Source: Phoronis australis
Lineage: Eukaryota; Animalia; Phoronida
NCBI GenBank assembly: GCA_002633005.1
Contig: NMRA01000055.1
Location: 1,163,736 to 1,227,735 of the forward strand
DNA: 64,000 nt
Reading direction: 5' to 3'
The notes under the pieces are model-generated. The model ran no database searches. It had not been told where the DNA came from and saw nothing but the letters and a program-made list of their open reading frames with translations. The translations under genes and the position numbers were made by a program. Below, in pieces: positions 40,425-51,159 of this stretch; the first letter of the stretch is position 1, and each line of letters opens with the position of its first letter.

Positions 40425-40735
40425 GTGACTAGCCGTCTGGCCTGTGTAGCACTTATTTGCCGTGAGCTGCTTTAATTCAGCAAGTCCTGTCTCTGTTGAC
40501 CAAATCACATGGAATAAACACACTTTCCGAGCGGAGATTTATGACAAGAAATTGGTCAAGTTGAACAAAACCGCTTTGTGAAGTCGTTGCGAACGTGGGA
40601 CTCTGCGGACTGAGGCTGATCCCGGCGATCGCCGCCCGGGACGCCGGAGGTCAACTAGATAATGAAAGTGTTCCGTCGTCGTTGCCTCTGACTATGATTT
40701 AGACAACTTCAGGACCGCAGCCGGAGAAAGCAATC

Positions 40736-43700
40736 ATGTGTAACTCTATTGGAATACTGTATCACGACTCAGACTCGGCACTTGTAACACAAATAGTCGA
40801 CATTCTTGAAGGACCATTTTTTACACAGTGCTTTTTCGCCGGTCGTGACATGGTAAAAGCCGATTCCATGACGTATGTCTTCGATTTCTTGGAGTACATT
40901 TTAAGTAAGTGTAGAAAGTTCGTCATCGTGCTTTCAGACAATTTCTTCTCGTCTCGCGAAACAAGACTTGACTTGATGTCCTTCTTTATTCGTTTCGACC
41001 AAGGAAACTGCAAGGTGTCCTTCATAACGGTCAACGGTAAGCCTAACATACCGTACCGAAGGTTGCTTGCGATGGAGAAGAGTAAAACGGCAAAATTCAT
41101 CAACTCCATCGAATATGAAGAATATCTTTCTCTGGTCAAAGCTATCAACAGAGCACTATCAGGTCAGTATTGCACAATTTTTAATTACATCGAATCGTCT
41201 TGTCAGTTATGATGAATCTAACCAACTTCCACGAAGCCGTAAGTTTTCTATAGTGAGCTGCGATGATCTGATCACAGTTGTGGAAATCAGAATTAAACGC
41301 GACTGGATGAGGAATATCACCGCGTTAAGGCCCGGCCTGGAGTGCCCCAGCCGCTGTAATAGGCCATTGACGGGGGAAAGTGTCGTCGTAAGATTATTAT
41401 AGTAAGACGCATTATTATATTAGTTAAGAGTCCCACTACGAGTCCAGAAGTCATACGCACAAGTGCCTGGTCGCACAGCCACGTGAAAAGAGCACTAGTG
41501 TGAGTCGTGGTATTGATTGCCAGGTTTGGCCCTCGATCTTCAAAGGCGTGCCGTGTGCCACGGGTATTTTATGGTTAGCATTTACACTATTCATGGATTT
41601 CCATTCACAACGCCACTTTTGAGGTACTAATGAAGAAATATGAAAATCCTAATATAAGGCACACGTGACTCTGGTCTCCACGCAGTTAATGTACGGCGTC
41701 AGTGAAATGCTGACAATTATACTGGTCCAATTATACTGGTCCAATTAGATTTAGCAGATGAATGAAAATTTAGGCTCTCTCAGAATTAATTATGTCTTTC
41801 ATCATAGTTTCCAGCCACCAATTTAAAGGTATTTTGCCAGCTACGACTTGAAATAACTAGTCATTCATGCGCGCACCCAGGGGGGGGGGCTCGGGGGAGT
41901 GGGGTTCAAAGGAGCCCGCCATTGGGAAAAGTGGGCAAAAAGGTCCGCCTGCGAGAAATAAAGTCCGAGAAAATGAGACAAAAGTCCACTAAACAAGCAC
42001 AAAACGCTCACAGAGGTGCGCGGGTTTTTTATTTTTTTTAGTCTGCCGGCTATTGTGTTACCAAAAAGTTCCACAACGTTAGAAATTCGAGCCCCCTATA
42101 AGGCCTGGGAGCGCGCATGTCCTTCCAAAGCGCCTATTTTACCATAGTTTTTTTGCCTCAGAATCTGCCGAGGCAACTGCCCTGGCTGCCCCCCATTGAT
42201 AATATTGCCCTAGTCGATTACATCTCTGCGTAAAATTATCGTTGGCCAAATAACTGAACGTTACGCACGTAAATAGTAAATACGTGCGTGAATTAATTCT
42301 TGCTAGTGGCGTAAATTAATTATGAACGGCTTCAATTAATTATTTGCGACGCAAATTATTGAAATTTTAAATAAGTAAATTAAATCTTGTTAGTGGCGGA
42401 AATAATTCTTATTAGTGGTGTAAATTAATTATTTTCGGCGAAAATTAACTTTTAACGGAGTAAATTAATTCTTTGCGGCGAAAATTAATTATTTACGTGC
42501 GTAACGTACACAACTTTGGCCAACGATATGAAAGCAGCCCTGGTATCTTCTTGTACACCCTTTTTGCTTACTTTACCACCTGAGTCTTTCGCGCCAAAGG
42601 TCAAACCGCTTTTTTAATTTCTTCATTACACTCTTTCTTGACGTCATTCTTAATTGCTGTCGCATTGCATACAGCGCCGATCCAATTTCGATTATCTTTG
42701 AGGTGCCCTTATGCCAGCAACTACGAGCAGTAGACAAACTGGTTTAGTAAGGAAAATAAACGAGGAGTTGCACCAATTACACTCGTCATATCGACGAGTA
42801 CATGTAGTTGCTGAGAGTTCCAGAAATTAGCGTTGCATGCAGACTTACAAATCGCTGTATGCCGGACAGACCTTAATGGCGAAGGCAACCTTTTTTCATA
42901 TCATTTTCAGCAAAAATAGGGTTCGTTGATTATCCCAGACATATTTTTCACTTATTTACAGCTTTTCGTAATTTAATTAATTACTCGTCCTCTACTCCGG
43001 AAGTGATGTTTTAGGAGGCAAGAATTTCGCGCCAATTTCTTTTCATACAGTCAGACTGTACCCCTGTTACATGTACGTTCAGCTAACGACCATGCCAGTA
43101 ATAATCGATGACCTTTTTACACATGGGTTCATAAACCCACCAGAGGTGTGCTTTTACCTGTGCACTGTGGTTACTAATTGACCCTATTCCTTGATTCAGA
43201 CGAAGCTGGCAGAATCTCCGAATTTCCGTTAAACAAATACAAGTTTGTATTCGGTAGCTGCAAAGATGGAGATGTTCATGAAGGTGGCCCTACTGGTGAG
43301 TCGTTGCAAATGGCTGATATTGGTGTGTCTTTTCTAACGATAGCTCATTTGCGGGCGAGAACTCTTCGATTCGTGCGAGACAATTTTAATTGTTTTCCGA
43401 AATCTTGAACATGTTTCACGTGAACTCAGTTTTTGTGGAATTATTATCTGTGTTGTATCAAACAGAATTTTTCCTAAAAATTACACAAAAACCGCAAATG
43501 TGGTCTTTCGTTGAATTTTGCCAATTTTTAAAGTTATTTCGAACACTAGAAAAATAGCTAAAGTTGGCTTATTTAGAACACCGTATCTCGGAAATGGCTG
43601 CTCGGTTTCATTTGAAACTTTCAGATATTTTGGTTTCTGCAATGTTCTCCTAAACGCTCAAAATTTGAATTTTGTATGAGACGCTTTTAAACATTAGGAC

Positions 43701-46700
43701 TTTTGTGCTTTTATGAAAAAAAATTAATAGTTGGACAAAACAAAAGCCGATAATATAGAAAGTGGTAACAGTTTTTAAGATTTTATCTTGAACATTTAAA
43801 TCGGACAAACTGTGGTCATTATATTGGTACCATTGTTAGCTATGAATAGCCACCGACCTCGATTTCAAAGAATGTTTGGCAGACAGCGAAGGGGTTTCAT
43901 GATTTGTAATAAAGTCACAACAACGCTAATTATTTTGTTTTTCACAACTCTGGCCAAAACCGATAACTACAAGCAATAATCATGGCCAGTTCCTTCTAAA
44001 TTCTGAAATCACGTTCATGTACAAGGCGGGTTCATAGACATTTAAATAGTTTTAAGAAGAATTTTGTGATATGCAATTTTTGTTTTGGTCCTTCGTGTCA
44101 CGCGTGGTTGCCAGAGCGCGAGAACATTTGATTGAAGTTTTGCTTAGATGTAGTTGCATTTTCTTCATCCAAGAACTGTTCGAACGTTGAAAATGACCTG
44201 AGAATATGTTTTTTCCCAATGTAGTCTCCGATCCACACGTGGTTTTGGACGTTCAGAACACTGTAGTGACCTTCAAAGCTGGCTTCAAGAAAGCCATATT
44301 GGGCGAAGGTGTCCAACTTTGTTCTTCCGGCAACCATGACTTTCAGGTTGTCGTTGAGGTAAGTGTATTTGTGTTTCTTGTCTAATTCTGTGCCACAAAA
44401 ATCAACTTTTTATCTTGTTTCCGCGCTGTTTTGCACTACTCTCCACCGATACACTTGCCATTGGCGCTCTGTATATGTGGACCCGATCGAAGCAGTGTGC
44501 GTAATTTCTTCCAAAGGCAAAGTTGTCTCCCCTACGAACCTCTGTAAGGCTACTGATAATATCCGAAAGAAGCCGACCCTCTTTACTAAATGGAAGCACC
44601 CGAACACAGCAGTACTGTGAATGCTCCTACCAACAGTAGTAATTAAGCATTGCATAAAAGTTACTGTCAATATTCCTCAAAATTCACTAGTGACAGCTAG
44701 AGAGTGCCTAATGAGAACCAACACCCTGCTTTGTCAAGGACCTAAGCACAGGAGAAACCCGACTTCTCTATACTTAGAACGATATTGGAATTCCTGTTGG
44801 CAAACAGTTCTTTGACATGATTTATAAATGTGTGCCTTCAGTTTGAATGTGAGTTGTGACCACGTTTACGTAGCATCGCTTTTAACAGTGCCGGAGGTAA
44901 TTTTTCTCCGGGTATTTTTCTTCACGGGGCCTAAATTAATGTGAAGAATTTTGAACCCATGAAAAATGACCTCCACATCCGCGAAAGCTTGTCCTGTCAG
45001 TGTTCAACGATTCCCCCGCCGTGTGGGAGTTGGGACAAGTAAATATACCCGCAACAGGTGATCTGTCAATAATGTTCGTCTGGGGGTGACCTCCTCGGGG
45101 GAGGGGGAAGAGGCTACTGGTGTGGGTTAGCCATCGAAAACTAAAACCCCCGAGACGTGGTGATCTGGGTCAGGTGGCGGTTAGACTATTCTTAAACGTA
45201 TAGGACTATTGTTGACCTGGGTGTCGGATTACTCAACACCCAGCCAAGGAGCTAGGCGCCAAGGATGTGTCAACGGGGTGGGGCAAGGATAAGGGTATTG
45301 GATATGTGGGGCTTGCGGGCAAGGAATAATGTAAAGGTACGTATGTCCGCGAACAATATGTCCATAAGAACTACAGTGTATGTTCGTTAGGCGCGACAAT
45401 TGTGCTCAGTGGATCGGGAGCATTTGCACTCGTGAGAGGGGAACAGCGTGCGTCTCTCACGGTGAGAGATGATTGAGTCCTGGCGCAGCAACATGGGGAC
45501 GGGCTTCATATCAAAGTAAGCGAGGGGGTGCAAGAATAGGGAACGGCGTGCGAGGGTATAGAATGGTGTTTCAGTGCAGGCTTGGAACCAAAGTGCGGGA
45601 GCAGAGATAGTCCCTGGTGGTCTCTGAGATCGAGAAACGTGTCTGATAAATTGTCAGTATAGAACTGTCAGAGAGTACGCAATCGACAACGCGGTGTGGA
45701 TGGATGATTTGCATCAGAGAGATAACGTAGCGGCGTGCAGGCCAGGAATATGACGTGTAGGAGCTGGGTTGCTCTGTTTACAAACAAAGAAAATTATGTC
45801 CATGACCACAAGGCTGAGTAGAAAAATGTGGTGCTGCCTCAATTGGATCGCAGGACTATGAATCCGGCCGTTAGAGGGTCAAGTGTGCGTGAGAGAAGAA
45901 TTTTAAATTTCTCGGCTGTGCGGCGCGCGGTGTATGAGATGGAGGGATGTGGATGATGTGTGAGAGCAGAGCTTATGTCTTTGCGAGCAAAAAGGTACAC
46001 AAAACGCCGAAAATGCATGGTGCTATATCGGGGGACTTCGTTCGTCATATGGCCATCACTGTTACTGCATGAGCTAGGCCTACTGCATATTAAGAGCCTT
46101 TCTGTTTTTTTTTTTTTAATTTAGGAACTTAAGTCTCCTCTCGACATTTTGTAATTGTTCTAGGTCCAAATATGGATTTTAATGAAGGTGTTTCTGCAAT
46201 CAGATATCCCACTGCATAGATAGTGTCTCATACCATTCAGCTTGAATTTGACCCGCGTGGGCCGGACTACAAATGATGTAGTGCCCGTGCAGCTTCCATG
46301 CTTTTTTCCTAACAGGGAACAACGTGATACTGTTCATTTTCTCTCGTGTGTAAGAATGTGTAACCGAGCCTGTTTCTATGTAGTGTCAATGAACTAACGT
46401 GTGAGCTTAATTTCATCCAACCGTACTTCACTACTTTTTGGACTTAGGAACCGGTGTAAACAAGGTTAGTTTGCGAATCTTCCCGCATTATTAGATGCTT
46501 ATCTTTATGGTGTTTGTATATCTGTAGTCCCTTGCACGTGTGTACAATGTACGTTAAGCTGTTTATCTCTTATATGGAATATAGATCGCTTCTTTTTAAA
46601 ATGTTCTTGCTTGCAGACTCTCTCAAATTGGCATGCGCAGTTGTATTAGACGCACCAACGCAGCAATAGGTGGAGTGAGATCTCAAAGGGACATTATCGG

Positions 46701-49700
46701 AAGAAAAGGCAATTTTACATAAATTAGCTGCATCGCTGTTTCGAACCCATTAGCTGCGCTGTAGCAGCTGGACGGCCCTTCCAGCAATGATTCCAAATGG
46801 CGTCTTTTGGTCGTAAAATCGATAGTGGACCTTTGAGACCCACATAGCAATCGTCCTATTGAACTGTCTAAAACACTGTGACGGTTTTTAGTTTGCCTGG
46901 GATGTCATGGTACTCGTTATCCAATGGCTTTGCGGCTAGTTAATCTCTCTCCGCTTCCTGTTGTGATATTCGGCATGTCGATGTGAAACGTCCCATCTAC
47001 CTCCATTTTGAGAATATACCGTTGAACTTCCGGTTGAGGGTATGTGTCAAGGTCACAAACTTGGGTGCGGGAGTAACGCTAGCACTTGCCGAGTCACGTG
47101 CAGTGAAAAGTCATGGCTTTGTTGCCATGTCAGTTTTGGAAGTGTGGCGAGAATCTTGATAGTGTGAGGTCTTGCTTTTCACCAGCAAAATCTTGAATTA
47201 TCCTGCAAAACTTGTAAAAACTGTCCCCTTGCTCTTACCCTTTGCATGCCGCTGTTTCAGCTCGATTGGCGAATATTTATTTTAAGATGTTGCTCCATTT
47301 TTACGCTTGACCATGCATTGGGGAGCACGGACTGTGGCTGTGAGGTACAAACCCTCATATTATGGGAAGGAGTTGTACCCCAAACTTGAATAGGACGGAC
47401 GAGAAATGGGAAGGCAATACCTATGACGCCAAAAGCGGTGGAACTAGATACTAATCTTCATGAGTAACATAATTCCATCGCTGACGATGTGGACCGTTAT
47501 TTTGCAGAGGCGGATCTACAGGGGGGGGGGGGGTTCAGGGGGTTTAAACCCCCCCCTCGGGACAGGATCAAAAATAAAAACTGGAAAAAAAATCGCCAGA
47601 AAAACGAAATTAGCTACTAAAAATCCAAAAAAATCTTACACGGGAGGAGGGAAACACTCTCGCGACCTTCCTTCCCCTCGGCGCTACGCGCCTCGGATTC
47701 TCTCGAGTCCTAAACCCCCCCTTACTGAAATCGTAGATCTGCTACTGTTTTGATATTGGTAACCGCTTTGATTTCAAAAGAACTGGTATGGTTGCCGATT
47801 TTGATGTCATGCTAGTGTAATTAATCAAAACCCCATCCTTCACATCTCTTGTCTTTCTCATTTCTGACTCGTCCTTCCCGTCCACAGTGTATGCTTCACG
47901 CTGCATGATGAAGCCTTATTTAGCCATCCGTGGTGCTAGGTTTAAGTGACATGCTCCGTTGTTTCGACCTTCCCCAATGGTGCCGCAACACACCTGTCCT
48001 TGCATTGCTCTGTACAACACGAAGCTGTAATTCTTGTTAAATATAGCCTCAGTTTTCCTCAGGTGCCTTATACACTTTTGCGGTTCTTAATGGCGAGTTG
48101 TGTAGCATTACTTTGTACGCGACTGGTACCAAGAATTTTAATAAAGAAAAGGCCTTAGCATTTCATTTCTTTTGCCAGAGAATGTACTTGTCAGCGGAAG
48201 TCATGAAGTCTGTCACAGATTCCAACCCAGCATTCGCTCCCCTGATTTCCAGCGTGACGCCGTTGTACTTTTTTTCTGTGAACCCGGCAAGAAATGCAGA
48301 AAATGGCTCCAGTAGTAAGCTCGACCATCCGGAGTTGCAAGCCCAGCTGCAGCTGTGGTCTCTGCGAGATTCTAAGGCATCCAGAAACTATCGAGTTATG
48401 TTCTCCGAGTCTGTCAATTTTTTTGGTGGAAATTGGTGCGATGCAACGGACAGATCTCTGTGTACTTTGAATGGAAAAGCAGCGTGCTTTGAACTGGTCC
48501 TCAACAAGTATGGCGTGTAAGTTCACAATGGCACCAATTGTTTGGCTTCGTCAGTTCCGCCGAGTCAACCAGCTAAGAGGTTTTCGCCTGCGTTCGGCAA
48601 CGCTAGGATATCGCTAAAAGACGTGATTTTGGCTAGATTTTAGCGAGGTCCTAGCGAAGGTCATAGTGTTACTGAACTCAATCGACAACGTTTTGTGGGC
48701 CTAAGTCGTTATTGAGAACCAATCAAAGGGCTTAGCCCTTTGACTCGGCGTGTCACGCGAAGTACTGTACCGCATTCAAGTGCACCAACTGTACAAAACT
48801 TTGAAATGTCTCATGCGCAAATTATTTACTCGAATGGACTTAGTTGTATTGAACTTAAATTCCCGATCATAATGCTAGCCTGCTTACTAAAGTTTTGTTT
48901 GTGAAATTGGAAAGCTCCAGTGCAAAATATACCCAAATCTCACTTGCTTTACGTTTATAAGCCTTAGGTGTCAATGTGAAAGATTCACAAGAATTCCGAG
49001 TCTGTTCATTTCAGAAACAGGTACGTCTATTTGTCGTTTTTAGCCTGCAACGTTTTAATGTGCTTAAAAGCACCGAGATCATAATGTTCCGTGGGTGACT
49101 TTAATTTTGAGGAAGTAAATCTAGGGTATAGCTTTTGGTAGTTGATTCAAACACATTCAGGTAAACTCATCTCTTTTCAATCCTAGTATTCTTAATTGGT
49201 GCTCGATATTTAACCGCAAGCTTGCAACTATTTTCCTAGGTATTTACTTTGCGAGGTAGACCAGTCATCCTTGGAAGACATGACCAAAGTGTCATGTATC
49301 CTCCAGGCCATGAGCGACTATCTTTCGCAAAACTATCAGAGGTTTTCTGCCATGGTTAGCTCTGACCGGCGGAAGGTTACCTTTTGCGCCATGAGGCCGT
49401 CAAATGGCAAGTATCTCAACGCAGTGTGCACGACTGAGTCGCGGTGGCATCGGCAGGCATTCATACGAGTACCAAAATCAACCATAAGGGGTACTTTGAA
49501 TGTGATCATCGATATAGAGGCCGGCTGCAAACGTATGTGCGTTCCTGCCACGTTTGACCTGCACAAGCAAAGCGTCATTTGCAAAATTCTGTCCTTGAGG
49601 GACATTTGCCATCAAGCCAAGATTACCTGTTGTATAACGGAGAAGAAAGACGTGGTATTCGAGTTTAAGTATCAAATGGTATGTGTGCATTTAAAATTGT

Positions 49701-50707
49701 TCACGATTTTATATGGTTACTTCAGCACAATAACGGATTTAGGATATCATGCTGGTTGGCACCATTTTGTCTCGTAGACAAGCACGCTTTGCAGCGCCCG
49801 AAAATGGTTGAAATACCTTTTTATAGAAGGTAGAAGGTGAAACGTGACAACTACACTACATACTAAAAACTACTTTGAAAAGGTAAAGTCTCCCTTAACC
49901 CTATATATATATGTATATGTATATACTATGGCCGTAGCTTACAGTATTACGAGGAAATGTCACCTGTTTATTTTACCAGGCTAGTCGCTTCTTGCGCTCA
50001 CCAGAGCTAACACGGTCGTTGATGGCTTCCAGCATCTCTTGCAAAGGAGACTGCAACCAAAACAGCGAGTACGAAGGTGGGTACAATGATCCGCGCTCAC
50101 TTGCAACAGATCAAAAGACGGGTTTGCGCGGTCGGTTTCTCTATTAAGACAGAGAAATAGATCTGAGTTGTATTAAAATTGATTGCGATGATCTCTTGGT
50201 TACAATACACATGTATGTATAGTCTACGAAAATCAACATTTGTACTAATTTCTTTAGCCGTGTTTGCAGTCAAATAAAAACGCACATTTTAGGCATAATT
50301 CCAAAAATCGCCCCGTAGGCGTGTAAACGGCATTTTATTTCAAGGAATGAAAAAGTCTATACCCCAATGTATCCCTGCAGTGTACACCTATACTGTATTA
50401 TTGTACTTTTTGTACACTTCGTACATGTAGGCCAGATGTTAATGCGGAGTATCGTATTTTATTCCTTGTTCCAGAATCATCTTCAAGAAGAAAACATTCG
50501 ATACCCGACCTTGACGCACGTGCTAGAAGCCTGCTGAAATACGGTAGTCGTTCGCCTTGGGACAGAGGCAAGAAGGAAAGAAAGCGTGATTCAAACGAAT
50601 CTCCAAAATATAACCCAGATGGTGTTATTACGGCACGCCATCTGACAAAAGCCGTGTCAGTAGACGATGAGGGCTATAAAGCCATTCGACAGTTGATTTA
50701 CCCATAA
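40736..50707 (+). CDS. Uncharacterised cytoplasmic TIR-domain protein, paralogue 1, with putative ZU5/UPA-like C-terminal module (about 581 aa)
   Basis: Exons 40736-41162 (TIR: ILYHDSD..V..I..ILE...C.FAGRD...CRKFVIVLSDNFFSS), 43200-43295, 48063-48516, 49240-49678, 49980-50076 and 50475-50707 join through GT-AG junctions into one 1746-nt ORF. Exons 1-2 are supported by the paralogue. Exons 3-6 rest on open frames, splice signals and phase. Confidence 0.75.
41866..42119. mobile_element. MITE, CATGCGCGCACCCAG family (other copies 54542-54785, about 56456-56706, 62816-63063, about 52798-52956)
   Basis: TIR CATGCGCGCACCCAG...CTGGG(T/A)GCGCGCATG, with a shared internal AAGTGGGCA.AAAGGTCCGCC. Flanking duplications of 5-6 bp in some copies (GAAAG; CAGGTG). 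Confidence 0.8.
42239..42526. mobile_element. MITE with TA target duplication and internal GCGTAAATTAATT subrepeats
   Basis: TA-TCGTTGGCCAAA...ACGTTACGCACGTAAATA at the left end and TATTTACGTGCGTAACGT...TTTGGCCAACGA-TA at the right end. Confidence 0.75.
44098..44830 (-). pseudogene. Decayed antisense coding sequence of unknown family in intron 2 of TIR paralogue 1
   Basis: ORFs 44670-44410 and 44337-44098 are in the same frame, separated by one stop. The translation (YTYLNDNLKVMVAGRTKLDTFAQYGFLEASFEGHYSVLNVQN) aligns with 63170-63540. Confidence 0.6.
45001..46070. mobile_element. GC-richer, strand-skewed insert, possibly a solo LTR or other retroelement fragment
   Basis: Abrupt shift to a G-rich plus strand, starting TGTTCA at 45001. 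I found no TSD and no recognisable ORF. Confidence 0.3.
47505..47747. mobile_element. hAT-like MITE
   Basis: TIR CAGAGGCGGATCTAC...GTAGATCTGCTACTG with subterminal poly-G and poly-C tracts. Confidence 0.7.
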
Positions 50708-51159
50708 TTGCATCTTTTGACAAGTGAATATAACTGACTTTCGGAATAGCCGTGCCATATTGAAAATAATTTTCCCGCCAGGCGGCCATCACGTCTTAAT
50801 TGGTCGATAAGCCTTCAGCGCCACCTACAGATCCCATGTAATGCGGACGAGAGGTTTCAACAGTGGTGTAAACAACATTTTAACACCTTTCCGGATGTGC
50901 AATTGCATGTACTAATGGCTTACCCATAGGCAAACCTCTTGAACTATCCGTAGAGGATGGACGTCATGTCGCATACATTTCTAACTGCCATGAAGAATTC
51001 GCGGTTGCATACATGTAGCCAGTTCTTCGAGTGGTCCTACTGGCTGGCGATGTCAACTTAGGCTAAACTAATTTAGTCAACTTAACCCCGCTAATCAAAC
51101 GATAATTAATTGAAAATGAGAATTCTTCCTCTATGATTATCAAATTAATAACCCATTAT

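Noticed and set aside
40762-41148. 128-aa minus-strand ORF
   Set aside because: It is the antisense shadow of the TIR exon.
42674-42830. Possible extra exon in TIR intron 1 (short ATCGACGAGTA match to about 58630)
   Set aside because: No stop-free, phase-compatible acceptor/donor pair exists in both paralogues. Exons 1 and 2 join directly in frame.
47888-47949. Good acceptor (CCCGTCCACAG) before TIR exon 3
   Set aside because: The nearest donor gives a phase incompatible with exon 3, and read-through meets a stop. Not included in the model.
48968-49020. 53-nt exon candidate in TIR paralogue 1
   Set aside because: It would shift the frame between exons 3 and 4. Only the 6-nt version preserves phase.
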